Positions 37,371 through 51,430 are shown, numbered from the stretch's first letter. The stretch: 64,000 bases of DNA from Negaprion brevirostris (GCA_030324005.1 JARDVH010000001.1:98833997-98897996), one strand, 5' to 3'. A program made the numbers and translations. The notes: generated from the sequence alone by a model not told the origin.

Positions 37371-37717
37371 CATAGAAATCATAGAAACCCGACAGTAGAG
37401 AAAGAGGCCATTCAGCCCATTGAGTCTGCACCAACCACAATCCCACCTAGGCCCTACCCCCATATCCCAACAGATTTTACCCACCAATCCCTCTAACCTA
37501 CGCATCTCAGGACATTTTGGGGCAATTTTAGCATGGCCAATCAACCTAACCCTGCACAACTTTGGATTGTGGGAAGAAACCAGAGCACCCAGAGGAAACT
37601 CACACAGACATGAGGAGAATGTGCAAACTCCACACAGACAGTGCCCAAGCTGGGAATCGAACCCAGGAACCTGGAGCTGAGAAGCAGCAGTGCTAATCAC
37701 TGTGCTACCGTGCCGCC
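37371..37717 (-). mobile_element. HE1-like V-SINE (CR1-type tail, type A), full length
   Basis: Head GCGGCACGGTAGCACAGTG, V domain, and tail ...GAATGGCCTCTTTCTCTACTGTCGGGTTTCTATGATTTCTATG. Confidence 0.92.
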
Positions 37718-38585
37718 ACATGGTGTGACCTGAGAAATACATTCAGTGAAGTTCCAGCATTTGAGTTTAAAAGAGTGATTATTTTGAACTTCATCTATCC
37801 ACAGGTTTGCCAATGCATGCAGCACATCTTAGAATCATAGAATCGAACCACAGAATCCCTATGGTACAGAATGAGGCCAGTCAGCCCATCAAGTCTGCCC
37901 TGACTCTTTGACAGAGAATCTACAGTCATGAGTCCATTCCTGTTCCCTTAATTTGCACTGCATTGTGAATAGAAATAAAATAATAATTTTAATATTAATA
38001 GTAATATTGGCAGTTGCCCAGTACCTTGCTCAAGTGAGCATTTTTTTATGCAAGCCTTAGACATTAATAGCCTGTACTGCAGTAGAGAGCACCTCAACTA
38101 AGCTCAATTCTGCCCTCAACTGATGGCCATATGCATCAATTTCCCAGGATACCAGCCAGGACAGGGGCTTTAGTTGACTTCAGTTTTCTCTACCCAGAGT
38201 ACCAAGGAAAATTGGAAAGTCCCTGAATGTATTCTGGTCTTGATCAGTGAACTCAGTGTAGCTTGGGACCAAAGCTGGGGCTTTCCAAACTACATGACTA
38301 AGTTCTATATGGGAGCTAACTGGGGAGATTTTAAATTTCTTCAGTAGTAACTTGACCCCACAACAAAGGTTGGCAAAAGTGTTGTCAAAAGAACAATCTT
38401 ATATAACAAAGAAACAAAGTTTACAAATAGCAACAACTCAACAAACAGTAAGAACTATGAAAAACAGGAGCAACTAGGTCACAAGCCTTGTTTGCTGAAC
38501 ACCCTCTTGCAGACCCCAAAAACCCACCAAAACCAATGCTGCCAAAAATGTCACTTGCGCACAAACCCACTAAAAGACAATGGCA

Positions 38586-38809
38586 ATCATACAATCCTAC
38601 AGGTCAGAAGGAGGCTAGTCAGGCCATCAAGTCTGCACCAACCACAATCCCAACCAAGCCCTATCCCCATTACCCCATGCATTAACCCTAGCTAGTCCGC
38701 CTGACACTAAAGGGAAATTTAGCATGGCCAATCCACCTAACCTGCACATTTTTGGACTGTGGGAGGAAACTGGAGCACCCTGAGGAAACCCATGCAGACA
38801 CAAGGAGAA
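38586..38809 (-). mobile_element. HE1-like V-SINE (type A), head lost in gap
   Basis: Homologous to 37371-37620. Confidence 0.88.
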
Positions 38810-38930
38810 NNNNNNNNNNNNNNNNNNNNNNNNNNNNNNNNNNNNNNNNNNNNNNNNNNNNNNNNNNNNNNNNNNNNNNNNNNNNNNNNNNNNNNNNNNN
38901 NNNNNNNNNTTACAAGTGATCTATGGACCC

Positions 38931-39252
38931 AGAATCATAGAAACCCTACAGTGCAGAAAGAGGCCATTTGGCCCATCGAGTCTGCACCGACCACAATCCC
39001 ATTCCCTACCCCCTACATATTTACCCACAAATCCCTCTAACCTACATGTCTCAGGACACTAAGGAGCAATTTTAGCATGACCAATCAACCTAACCTGCAC
39101 ATCTTTGGACTGTGGGAGGAAACCGGGACAACCAGAAGAAACCCATGCAGACACAAGGAGAATGTGCAAACTCCAAACAGACAGTGACCCAAGATGGGAA
39201 TCGATCCTGGGTCCCTGGCACCACAAGGCAACAGTGCTAACTACTGTGCCAC
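38931..39252 (-). mobile_element. HE1-like V-SINE (type A)
   Basis: Homologous to 37371-37717. Confidence 0.92.
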
Positions 39253-39674
39253 CTATCTACATAGACAGATGCGACTACAATACTTTGTAACATATAAAAT
39301 ACAAAAGTACTTTACATTTTCTTTCTTTTAAAACTTTTGAATTGCATTTCATCCATCACGGTTGAAAATATGGTGATAGGTGATTATCAGTGGCAGACTT
39401 TCGGAGATGTGTTGGGGAGTAAAGCCAGAGGCACTTAAACTTATGGTGATTGCAAAATGATCATTTTTTTTTACAACACTAAATCTTGCTCAATTCTTTA
39501 TATTTGCTCCATTTCCCCTTTACAATTCCCAGTATTACAAATTCACAGAAATAGTTTTGATACTTTTTTGTTAAAGAAAAGCAGATATTTTGGAGAGGGC
39601 ACAATACAATTCAGGAAAAGAATAATTTAGATAAGGATTTTTAGTGACTGACCTTACTAGAACAGATTTCAGAT

Positions 39675-39792
39675 GCCAGAATTTTGCTGCCTCACTCGCC
39701 CCAGAATCGGAGTGGATGAGATTGGTAAAACAACATTCTCCGTTGGTCTCGGGCGGGATCTTAAGAGCCTTGGGCGGGCGAGGTGATAACAT
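39675..39792. mobile_element. Short palindromic MITE-like element
   Basis: GCCTCACTCGCCCCA is a degenerate inverted repeat of TGGGCGGGCGAGGTG; a CpG-bearing patch in AT-rich DNA. Confidence 0.5.
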
Positions 39793-41409
39793 GCATGAAG
39801 AAAATGCTATTTTTACACTCCAGTTGTACTCTATTGGAACAAAGCTTTGCTTTCATACATTGTCACACCTCATTGAAAAAGATGTTTTAGAATACTTACT
39901 TCAACCTAGAAATTATTGTCAATGATAAATAGTATGCAAATTGGTTACTTGTTTTGTTCCTCTGTTTGTTATGTTACTGCAAGCATGCATTCTAAGCAGT
40001 TAAAAATTCCACCAAAATAGTGGATGAAAGAATGCACAAACATCAGAAGGGGCTTTTGAATCATCTGACATTTGTTGACAAGCATCCAGAAAGGTTCAGT
40101 GATGGAGAAGTGGGAGCTAGAAAGTACATGGCAATGATGCACTAAATAAATTATTGATACCTCAAAGTACCATGTAATATGTTCATTCATTCATGTGTTG
40201 GAAGTCTGTAAAAATAGTCAGTGATTTTCTTTTTAGCATTTTGGATCATAGCCACAAGCTTTTAAAAGGCTAATTATCTGACTTGGTATTTAAAATAACA
40301 AAATCAGAATCAAAGCATAGCTTGAAAAAAATGAAAATCAATGATTTTACTCTTTGGAATCATTTTTATTTTATAAAACAGAAAGTTTTCATTGCTGTAT
40401 CAGGCATCGCTATCAAACAAATCAGATCTAGTCAATCTGCTGTGAACCATATATAATATTATCTTCATTATTTTCATTTCTTCACTGCTGTTTTACATTT
40501 TTGTTATAATATCTTTGGGAAATTTTGGTCAGTGGAAGAGAACACTGGATCAGATAACATTTGAAATAATCTTTGAAGTCCATTGTCTTGATCAGATGTT
40601 CACTGAAACAGACCTGGAAAAGTCATTTGTTATGACATTCTTTAAAAAAAAACCATGATAGATTGGACCCCATCCTTATGTGATGGGCCAGTAGGTCACC
40701 TCCAAGTCAACCAGGTCACGTGCAACACATTTATGGGTCACATATCATTCTGTGATTGACTTGAGGCATTCTTAAAGTGTCAGATAGGTTAACAATGGGC
40801 CACTCATCTGTTAATTATAGGAAACGTGCCAAGTTTATACAGATGGCCAAAGGTCACGTCTAAAGAAGTGTACAGGTGGCTTTTAGGCCTAACTCTCAAA
40901 AGCTGCAGAAACAAAACACATAAGCTCATTGATAAAACAGGTTTGTTTTGAACTTAAATCAGATGGGTGTAAAGGCTGAAATGGTAAATTACCGTATTTG
41001 CATTTGAGGATGATCTACTTTAACTGAAGGTCCTGTTTCCATATGAAATTGGTCTGTAGCTTGAAAGTCAAGAATGCACAAGTTTGTGTTCTCAAGTGAG
41101 TTAGAAGTGGAGTTGAGCTGTTGGTAAACAGATTAAGGCAATGACTGATGAGGAACTAGATGAATTAAAGGCTGTCCGAGAAGTGTACATTAAATNNNNN
41201 NNNNNNNNNNNNNNNNNNNNNNNNNNNNNNNNNNNNNNNNTCTGTAGGTATGACTGAAGATGTGCAGATTTATTATCGTGGATTATCCATAACCATTACT
41301 GAGGTAGAAGACAATTATCTTATTTGAACATCACCGCTGTTCAACTATTCAGTTCTAACCTCTTTTTCTTTCTTGTGGCGAACATAGATGTAGGGCAATG
41401 ACTATCATT

Positions 41410-43990
41410 TATAAATATAACTATATAATCTTACATTCAGGTGATTAAGCCAGTTAAATGTATCAGGATTAACAGAGTGTATCTCTGTGATGCCTCCTTC
41501 ATATTTGTGGACCGGGCTTTGTGAATCTGTTCCATATTCTATTCTGAGTGAAACAGTCACACACCAGACAATATTTATGTTTCCACTTATGCATCATTTG
41601 CTCATGAACTTTGTAGAAAATCAAAACCAGGAATCTTTCACCAGTTCTTCTGTGTGGTGTTTAATTGTGGCTTCTTGTGAACTCTGTGGGTTTCCAAGTT
41701 TCTTAATTATTGAAGTTGCATTGTCGAAGGTTAAGTGCATGACTCCAAAAGGGCATGAATGATTTAAAGCAGTTTTGAAGGGTATTGTTGAAGCCCTAAT
41801 GGATTGAGATATTTGTACTTCTCAATTTGCTGGATTTCCCGGGAGGTTGTGGTCTTTTAATCAAGACCATGTCACAAGTCAATGGCACATCTACAAAGGC
41901 TGATCCAGTCTTGGAATTTTTCCAGAATTGGGCCTTCAAGTTTATTGCAAGAGCCAAAACACTTGACCACAACAACTGTGATTAATCTAGAATTCCTCTT
42001 ATTTTTTGGGGGATCACTGTCTCAAGAAGAGGTCTGATTCTGTGGAGAAAGGTACAATCCAGAAAGTTTATTGGTCATACACGGGAATGATATCAACCTG
42101 TAAGTAACTGCGATGCCAATTAGCTTGCCTGGTTTGGCACCGCAATGCTTCCATCATGTATTTGGGATTCATTCAGATTCTATTGTATTGATGTGCAATT
42201 TAACAAAATGTTTGAGTGCCTTGGGGCCTGGTTGATGAAGAAATTCTGGGGTGCACATCATCTCTATTGGCTGCCTTCCCTTTACTTCAAGGGGGTTAAA
42301 TTCTCCTTTTGCTTCACGTTGGTTGACAATGGGTCACTCGCTCAATGTTTTAGTTGCATGATCCTGTTGTACACTCTACCAAGTGTTGGACTGTATTTTT
42401 AAAGTTTATTATTCCATTGGATTAGCAGCTCCTGGACATTGCAATTGGCGTGGTGACTAGAGTGCTTGCAGTTCACTCCTTCAACACATTCAATCCACTT
42501 TTGTCTATCTGAGTATAGCATAGAATCCCTACGGTGCAGAAGGAGGCTGGCCCTTGTGAAGTCCAGTGAATTGAGTATGGACATCTCACCATCCACCACG
42601 ACTTCAACAGTCTCCTTCAAAACCACTTAAAATCGTGCAGGACCTTCACAATCTACAGTCTTCCTGTCTTATCATCAGAGCAGGGTCTGGGACTGTTTTG
42701 ATTAGCAGGGGTTCATTCTTCTCAGGAACTCTGGGAAATGCTCCTCATGGCAATGAAGATAAAGAGTCCAATGAACTGATCATAGCATTGTTGTATTGTT
42801 TGAATTCAGATGACTGCTTCCCTATCACAATCCTCAGGATTCATTCTGACAGGGTCACAAGTATTTCAATGTCAAAATGAATGATAATCGACTTTAGTTG
42901 GATGTTGGGGAAGCCAGGAAGTATTCTGTGGAGTTGTCTGAATTATGCTCCTACTTTGATTGTTGTAAACAATGGTGAATTGCACTGCAAATGAGCAGGT
43001 TGGGAGGTTACGCATTTTCTGGGATTAGTTTAAGTTTATTTATTAGCATCACAAGTTGTCTTACATTAACATTGCAATGAAGTTATTGTGAAAATGTCCT
43101 AGTCACCCGTTCAGGAATACTGAAGGAGAATTTAGTATGGCCGATGCACCTAACCAGCATGTCTTTCGGACTGTGGGAAGAAACCGGAGTACCCAGAGGA
43201 AACCCATGCAGACATGGGGAGAATGTGCAGACTCTGCATAGGCAGTGACCCAAGCCTGGAGTTGAATCTGGGTCCCTGGCACTGTGAGGCAACAGTGCTA
43301 ACCACTGTGCCACTGTGCCGCCCAAAGACCAGTTGCAGATTTTCTACAGACACCCATATGTGAGGTCTTGGTCATTGGCTTAGTTTACCTCATGGCCCAC
43401 ATAATATGCTGGCTACTAAAGTCACCAACATATAGAGCTGGTTTTGGTGCATGTAGGAGCACCAATTTAACCATTTCAAATCAAAGGCTTTGTACATGTT
43501 GGTAATGTGCAAATACTCTATCTTGATGACAGTGGCATAGATGACTTCATCTTCAAGGAAGGATGAGCCATCAAAATCCATGATGGTATTTACTATATGT
43601 GTATATGGCCAAGCTATATTATGAGTGGTGGTAGCTAGCCATGAGGTTATATCCATGGAAACAGTAGTGGCTGGCCTTTTGGTCCTTGGAGAGAAACATT
43701 GATTTCTTGGACCGTGCAGACATTGATGTTAAGCATCTTCAGCATGTTTGAAGTTACTCATACTTCACCCCAGAGAATCCTTCAATGTTGAGTTGGTGGA
43801 TCCTTATTCCAGGACCTGGCTTAACTCTTGTTAGCAATAAATGCAAATCATGAGCCTATTAGTCCAATTGAAGTTCTTGATGGTTATGATCTGTGCTATG
43901 GTATTCTCAAGTGAGCAATTAAATATTATTCCAGGCTGCCGTTTTGATATCACAAGGTCATAATGAGGTCCGTTTGTCATGAAAATTAAT
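41410..43990 (-). mobile_element. Decayed RTE-X (RTEX) clade LINE, internally deleted, with nested SINEs
   Basis: Minus-strand peptides in correct order: GPGIRIHQLNIEGFSGVK, ITNMYK, ALYVGDFSSQHIMW (endonuclease); DRQKWIECVEGVNCKHSS; PEFL..GPKA, KPGK...TYRLISF, KTGSAFVD (RT N-terminus); MHKWK...CDC and YEGGITEIHSVNPDTFNWLNHL (C-terminus). Many stops and frameshifts. Confidence 0.8.
43027..43323 (-). mobile_element. V-SINE, tail type B, nested in the RTE-X
   Basis: Full head GGGCGGCACAGTGGCACAGTGGTTAGCAC plus type B tail. Confidence 0.92.
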
Positions 43991-45089
43991 ATTTGAGCTC
44001 TTAGCACTCCATAACCTCCTGAAAAAGACAATTGCCATGTGACATTTCCATTTGTGTTCTAATTAGAAAGCCTTTGGATTAACAGAAATACTTGGGGAAA
44101 ATTCAATATATCAAGACATATCATGTTCTTACAATTTTAGCTTCTTAATTAAAGTCTTAATAGAAGAAATATTCTACATAATTTTGTGCAGTTTGCTATA
44201 GCGCTAGCTCAAGCTTTATAATGTCGGAACATTTCTTAATAAAACATGATTTTGTCAAAACTTATTTCTCTTGTGTTAATTCTTGTCATGAATGTCTCCT
44301 CTATTGAAAGCATTCAGTTATGTTGACATGTATTTATACCTCCTGTGGCACATAATAGATTCTCAGATCATTAGGTGAGCAATGTACTGCATAGTGTTCT
44401 ACTCACCCACCCAGCCCAGGGAGGTTAATGGTTCACTGAGTAGTCTAGGCTGGGCTGAATTAGCTATTATATAGATTTGAATATCAGATGAGTAATTTAT
44501 TGCCTGTTTGAGAATAAAGTAGGGTAGGTTGCTTTAAATTTGGGTCAAATCCTGATTCCAGTTTCCCTATCAATGGAACCGTTTCATCAAAAAAGGATGA
44601 ACCCTGCAGCAGCATCACATCACATGCATCCTTAACAGTTAATATTCTCAACTGATGTTTGTCCTCATATACTGACTAGGTTTAGTGATGAAATAATGGA
44701 GGCACTAATAACTTTCCAACATTTTTGTCAGTGGGAATTATATCAAGCGACTGGAGAGTAACAAATCTCACATTGCTTTGCAAAGAAGAGGAAGAGAAAA
44801 GACAGTTTGGATACATTTACTGTACAATGCTGAATTGGGTTACCCCCCATGACAGCAGTCTGGTGCAAAGGCAAAATCACTTTGCATCAATACCAAATGT
44901 ATAAGGGCTGATTTGCCTGGGTTAACCAGTTTCTCTGGCCAAAAGGTTTTGGATCTCTTATACTTGCATCAGTGATTCTGTTGCTTTCTTTGTGGATAGA
45001 GTGCTTGGAACTCATCCTGGATCTGCAGTAGATATAATCCAATATATCACTACTTNNNNNNNNNNCAATCATCAATAGAGCATCTCTAA

Positions 45090-45820
45090 CAATGGCTTCA
45101 CTTTCTGGCCCCGCACCATTAACATTGGAATGTCCCAGGTTGTCCTCTTCCTCATCTATATTTGATAACATCATCAACAGACATGGGATCAGCTTCCACA
45201 TAAAAACTGATAACACCCAGAAGCACCTCTCTGCTGTTCAGTTCATCTCAATCCTTCCATTATCTCTATGTTGTCAGACTGCTTGTCTAACTTACAATTC
45301 TATCTACAATTAATTTCAATTAATAATTCGGAAGATTAACACTCTCATGTNNNNNNNNNNNNNNNNNNNNNNNNNNNNNNNNNNNNNNNNNNNNNNNNNN
45401 NNNNNNNNNNNNNNNNNNNNNNNNNNNNNNNNNNNNNNNNNNNNNNNNNNATTTCAATTAATAATTGGGAAGATTAACACTATCATGTTCGGCTCCAGCA
45501 TATTCTCCAAATCTTTAACATCAATTTTCGCCTCCTGTCACATTCACTATATCAGGCAGAACCTGAATGTTTGCAGTTACCTGTTCAGCCTCAGCTGAAC
45601 TTCTACCCCCATATCCTGTACATTACAATGAATATCAGTTCCATCTCTGGAACCTCATCTGCCTCAGCTGACCTGTTGATAAACTCTCAATCCATTTTCA
45701 CCTCCAGACTCAATCATTCCTATGTTGTCCCTGCTGACCCCACATGCTCTATCCTCCCTAATCTTCTCCTATAACACTCCATTGCCTGTGTCCTATGCCG
45801 CAGCAACTCCTAATCACACA
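45090..45820 (+). mobile_element. L2 LINE RT fragment
   Basis: DNIINRHGISFHIKTDNTQKHLS corresponds to the L2 motif G.II..HG.SFH.YADDTQLYLS; C/T-rich sense strand. Confidence 0.75.
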
Positions 45821-45829
45821 TCACTGCTG

Positions 45830-45943
45830 TTCTGCACTCTCTCGTTCTCTTCTCTATGAACGGTATGTTTTGTCTGTATAATGCGCAAGAAAAGATACTT
45901 TTCACTGTATGTTAATACATGTGATAATAAATCAAATGAAAAT
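45830..45943 (+). mobile_element. Rex1/Babar-type LINE 3' tail
   Basis: Homologous to 62530-62640; ends TTTTCACTGTATGTTAATACATGTGATAATAAATCAAAT. Confidence 0.75.
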
Positions 45944-46594
45944 CCTTGTTTACATATACTGGTTCCTGAACAACCAATGCCCCAAAGGTATTTTGCATGC
46001 GTATTTAAATTTTGAAGAAGTGCCAAGTAAGAGATGTGTTGATGTAGACTTCTGGCATTAAAAGGATTGTAGTGGCATTGACAGAGGATTGACTCAAGGA
46101 AAGGGATCAGCATAAGAAAAACATTGACAAAACACAGCAGGTGGTATTTCCCTGAGATCGCTGAATCTCCCTCTCAATAATATACTTACCTAATGATGTG
46201 CCTGCATTTCATATATCACACATTGTCTGATATAAATTTCTGTATCATGCTTAATATAGAATTCAGACTGCATGCAGCTTTGTAGCTTTGTTATTGGCTT
46301 CCTACAAAAAAGACCTGTATTGTGATTTGCAGCCTAACCTGTTATGGATTCTGAATATTCACTTTAAGGATGTTGACCAATTACACCTTTGCAACCTTGA
46401 AGGAATAGGTAAAGTAACAAGTCCCAGGATGATTTTATTATGGTCCTTGTAGAGATCTACAATGCAAAGGAACCAAACTTCCCAAGCGACCCCAATGGAA
46501 GAAGCCGCTGGACAAGATTTCATTTTTAAAAAACTTTTATTATGACAGTCAAGCCAAGTGTATCATATGGATCGTGCACACTGTAGCTACAACA

Positions 46595-47450
46595 GCTCAG
46601 TGATGAAGGGAGTGGGGTGGCAGATGGGGTGCAAATCAACTAGGCTGCTTTGTCCTAGATTGTGACAAGTTTCTTAAATCTTTTTGAAGTTGCACTCATC
46701 TAGACAAATGGAGGATATTCCTTCACACTCCTAAGTTGTGGCTTGTTGATGCTAAACAAACTTGGGAAGGTCAGGAGATCTTCAAAATTGAAGATAATCT
46801 TCAAAATTACTTGCAGAAAAGTTCCCAGCCTCTGACCTGCTCTTGAAGCCTCAATATTAAATGGCTGGTCCAATTCAGTTTCTAATCAATGGTAAGCCCC
46901 CAGCGCATTAATGGCATTGGATTCAGTGACAGTAATGCCATTGAATGTCAATGGGATTTGGTTAGATTCTCTCCTGTTGTAATTGATCATTGATACCTGT
47001 TGACCTTAGTTTTGCTCAGGCCCCTTGGTGCCACATTGGTCAAATGTTCCACTGATGTCAAGTGTAATTGCTTTTATCTCAACTCTGGAAATGATACAGT
47101 GTAGAATGTACCGGGCATTGAGGTTACAGATTGTGGTGGAGACAGTTCTTCTGGTGCTAATGACCCACAGCCCCTTATGGATGCCCGGCTTTTAGTTGCT
47201 AGATCTGCTTGAAATCTGTCCTAATTAGCACAGTAGTAGTGCCACACAACCTAATGGAAGATGTCCTCAGTCCCAACAAGGACGGTGAATGATCATTCCT
47301 ACCATTGAGCATCTGTATGCCGGTGAAGGTGAGGTCAGGTAGATTTTGCCCTCGTTTGCTTGTTTCACCATGTACCCTGGCTGGCAGACATTTCCTTCAG
47401 GACTTGGACAGCTCAATTGATGGTGATGCTACCGAGTAACTCTTGGTAGT
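46595..47450 (-). mobile_element. Decayed CR1-group LINE fragment (family of 52905-53810)
   Basis: 46620-46770 aligns with 53260-53420 (GGCTGCTTTGTCC...GCACTCATCTAGACAAATG). Confidence 0.75.
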
Positions 47451-49925
47451 TGGGGAAGTTGCATAAAAAGTTGCTGATGACACCTACAAGAGGGCATGGG
47501 AAAACTGTGAATTGTATAAACACCTGAAGAAAACTTTAAAAAGAATGAAGAAACAAGAGTGAAATGGAATAACAGTGGATAGCTTCACCATGGGGTAATG
47601 TCCTCCTACTGTTCAGCAATCCCTACCAGCCTTCCAATGCTATAATACTTAGATTACAACTTTCTCTCCTGATTTAAATCTAAATTACAACTGCTGATCT
47701 GAAATGAGAGCCAGTCTAAGAACATGGTTAAAGCTGAAAGGTTTCAGATTTCCAGTGTCTGGAGTATTTTGTTTTGGTTATGTATTTGGCCAAATTGGAT
47801 CCTTAAAAATCTGCTTTCCAAGCTATTAGGAATCCTGCAAAAAATTTGATAGAGTTCCCTTTAGTTCTTCCAGTTTTTGGATTAACTTAATCATAATTAT
47901 AATTGAGCATTTGCAGTTCATACCATGAGCTGCTTGTTGTTACTGCTGACTGACCTCTCATAGCTCAGTGAATATTAAAATAATTCTTTCAATGAGGACG
48001 TGGTAGTGGTAGTGGTGAGATCATACCTTCTCACCATAGACCTAGTGTCTGCTCAAAGTTCAATTTCGTTCTACAATTTGTTACTTTTCCAATACAAGAG
48101 TGCATGCTGCCCAATGTGACAGATGCACGCCATGCTGGANNNNNNNNNNNNNNNNNNNNNNNNNNNNNNNNNNNNNNNNNNNNNNNNNNNNNNNNNNNNN
48201 NNNNNNNNNNNNNNNNNNNNNNNNNNNNNNNNNNNNNNNCGCCATGCTGGATTGGAAAGGATGCTGTAATATTAGAGTGTTATGCAACACTCTATGTAAT
48301 GTCAGTCCTTACAACCTTCTGAATCTCATAATGAAGAAGTGAGTTCAAGCCCACTCCAGATCAACTGTTTGCTTAGGAAATGGTAAATAGCAGTGGGGAA
48401 CCTGAAAAGAAAAGGCCAGATGATTTAAGAAGCACTGCATGATATAATATTGCGAGTATGCTAATTTTTTGAGTACTAGTGACAAAAACCAAACCACAAA
48501 ACTCTCCGCTAACACCATCCATGATTTATCGAGAGAATTATGACTTAGAATCTAACTTGGATAAACATAGGGTTCTCTTAATTTCAGACACTTCAAATGA
48601 TACTGGAGCTGAGTTGTCTATTCTCAGGCTTCCATAATGCAGTTTAGTTCACAGCTGTCACAGCTTGAGGTGCTGAACTGGCTAGAGATGATTCTCTGTC
48701 AGACAAAGATCTAGTTTCACGTATAAAGTGCAGCACTTAGCTGAAATCTCAGTTCAAGCATTCTTAGTGCTAGTTCATCATTGCCATTGATCTTTCTCAG
48801 GACGGAGCAGTGCACATTTAGGGAGCCAGAGAGACCATCAATTATATTTGCCAGCAATCTCTCTAAGAATGTTTAGTACTAGCTTCATGTCTCTGTGGAC
48901 ATTAGACTTCATGTGAAACAGTGTAACTGGAGTTCATGCTTCTGTGATTCTGGGCTTATAGGGGTTTCCACTGCAACTGGCTTATTTGTTAAAACTCTCC
49001 ACCCAGAGGACTGCAGCACAGCCTGTCACTGGTCCAGTGAAATATACTCTCATAATAAAGATATTCACCTGTGAGCAGAAACATCTCATCCTTATGACCA
49101 TCTGTTCCTAGTGGCCATGATATTACACTTAATACTTAATGCTTGAAACATAAGCTCATTGGCTATTACGCCTCCCTCCCTTTCTATTTGGAACTCAGGT
49201 ACCTGCGATCTTTTTTTGACCTTCAGCCAGTTGAGGTGCAACATCCTTCATTCTTAATGAGTGATACCTTCCCCACAGAGAACATTAAAGAGTCCAAAAA
49301 TATCACTGACAGTAGATAAATAATAAATGCTGCAACTGGCAATAAGGGGATTGCCTCTAAGATCTGAGGGAAAAGGGAACAGAGAGTTATGCTGGATACA
49401 GTTACATTAGGAAGGATAAGATGAGGCTTCAGTGCAGCATAAACACTGGCATTGGACATGTTGGACCAAAAGGCCTGTTTCTATGCTGTATATTCTATGT
49501 AATTCTAATATAAAGCTAAATATAAAAGCTACAAAAGCTAATATAAAGGTGGTATGAAAAGAACACAAATTATAATACAAATGCTGAGTATTAAAATGAT
49601 AGACGTACTACACCTAAATTTATACCAATTAAATTAAAAGCTAGCAAACCTATAAGAGCTGGAAATATTGAAACACAAAGAGGGAGAAGAGAAGAGTATT
49701 AAAATAAAAGCACCACCAATAAAGGTTGAATGCCAAGTTTTCCAATATAATTGAATTAATTCCCCTTTATGTTTCGACTTTGTAAAAATATTTTTCTTAG
49801 CCAGTACCATGCTTTTTAATCTCTGTTGTAGAGTAATATTATCTTTAAAGAATCCTCAAAAAGAACCATCAGGTAAATTTAATCAGTGACATAATGTATG
49901 TCTACTCCCTGGCTTTGGTGCCACC

Positions 49926-51430
49926 ATAGGATCATAGGAATTAGGAGCAGAAGTAGGCAAAATCAGCCCTCTGAACCTGTCCTGCCATTCAATCAGATCA
50001 TGGCTGATCTCAAATCCACCTCCCCACCTGTTCCCCGATCCCTTTAACCCACTTTTTATCAGAAATATATCTACCTCCCTCTTGAAACCAGTCAACAATT
50101 TAGAATTTGCTGCTCTGTTGGATAGCGAGTTCCACAAATTCATCACTACCTGCAAAAAGTAGTTTCTCCTCATCTCGATTTCAAATATACTGCCTCTCAA
50201 CCTGTACCTGTGACCTCGTGTTCTAGATTACCCCACAAAGGTCTACATTTGGTCTACATTTACATTATCAATCCCTTTTAGTACTTTATATACCTCAATC
50301 AAATCCCCTCACCTCTTTCTAAACTCCAACGACTATGAGCCCAAACTGTTTAATCTCTCCTTGTACGTCAACCCTTTCATCCCAGAATCAATCATCAATC
50401 TGGTAAGTCTCCTCTGAACTGCCTTCAATGCCACCACATCCTTCCTCAAATAAGGAGATAAAAAGTGGACATAGTACTCCAGATGTGATCTCATTTCAAC
50501 ATTTCTCTACTTTTATACTCCAGTTCTTTTGCAATAAATGTTAATATTCCATTTGCCTTTATTATTATGAGCTGTACCTGCATACTGACTTTCTGTGATT
50601 CATGAACAATGACACCCAGATCCCTTTGCTCAGACACATTTTGAATCTGTTTTCCATTTAGGTAGTAAATTGCCTTTCTATTTTTTCAAATAAAATGGAT
50701 AATCTCACACTTATCCACATTAAACCCCATCTGCCAAATTTTGTCCCTTTCTCCTAGCCTATCTGTATCCATCTATAAAATCTTTATATCCTCTTCACTG
50801 CCTGCTTTCCCACCTATTTTAGTGTCATCCACAAATTTTGCAACGTTACACTCTGTCTCTACTTGCAGATAATTTAAATAGGTTGTAAACAATTGAGGTC
50901 CGAGGACTGACCTTGCAGCACCCCACTAGTTATATTTTGCCAGTCAGAGAAGAACCCATTTACCCCAACCCTCTGCTTTCTGTCAGTCAGCCAATCCTCA
51001 ATCCTGATATAGTACTTTATCCCTAATCTCCTGAAATCTCACCTTCTAGTGCAGTCTTTTATGTGGCATCTTATCAAACACCTTCTGGAAACCTAGATAT
51101 ACCACATCCACAGGTTCCCCATTATCCACCTTGTTGGTTGTGTCCTCAAGGAGCTCAAGCAAGTTTGTCAAACATGACTAACCCTTCATAAAACGATGCT
51201 GACAATGGTGGATTGAAGTTTTCAAATATTCAGTCATGCCCTCCTCCATAACTGATTCCAGCAACTTCCCCATCACAGAGGTCAAGCTAACTGGCCTATA
51301 ATTCCCTTCTTTTTGTTTCCCTCCCTTTTTGAGTAGGGGCATCACATTAGAGTGTTTCCAATCCACCAGGACCTTTCCAGAATCTAAGGAATTTTGAACT
51401 ATCACAACCAATGCATCCACTATCTTCATC
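49926..51430 (-). mobile_element. CR1 LINE, 1.5-kb 3' part of ORF2 and tail
   Basis: IVDALVVIVQNSLDSGKVLVDWKHSNVMPLLKKGGKQKEGNYRPVSLTSVMGKLLES; EMRRNYFLQVVMNLWNSL; tail AATTCCTATGATCCTATG. Confidence 0.95.

Noticed and set aside
37650-37717. tRNA-like A/B boxes here and at other SINE heads
   Set aside because: They are SINE heads with no complete cloverleaf, not tRNA genes.
45313-45488. 38-bp direct repeat flanking a 100-N gap
   Set aside because: Same pattern at 48128-48251 and 57573-57725: overlapping contig ends or alleles across fixed-size scaffold gaps, so an assembly artefact rather than a TSD.
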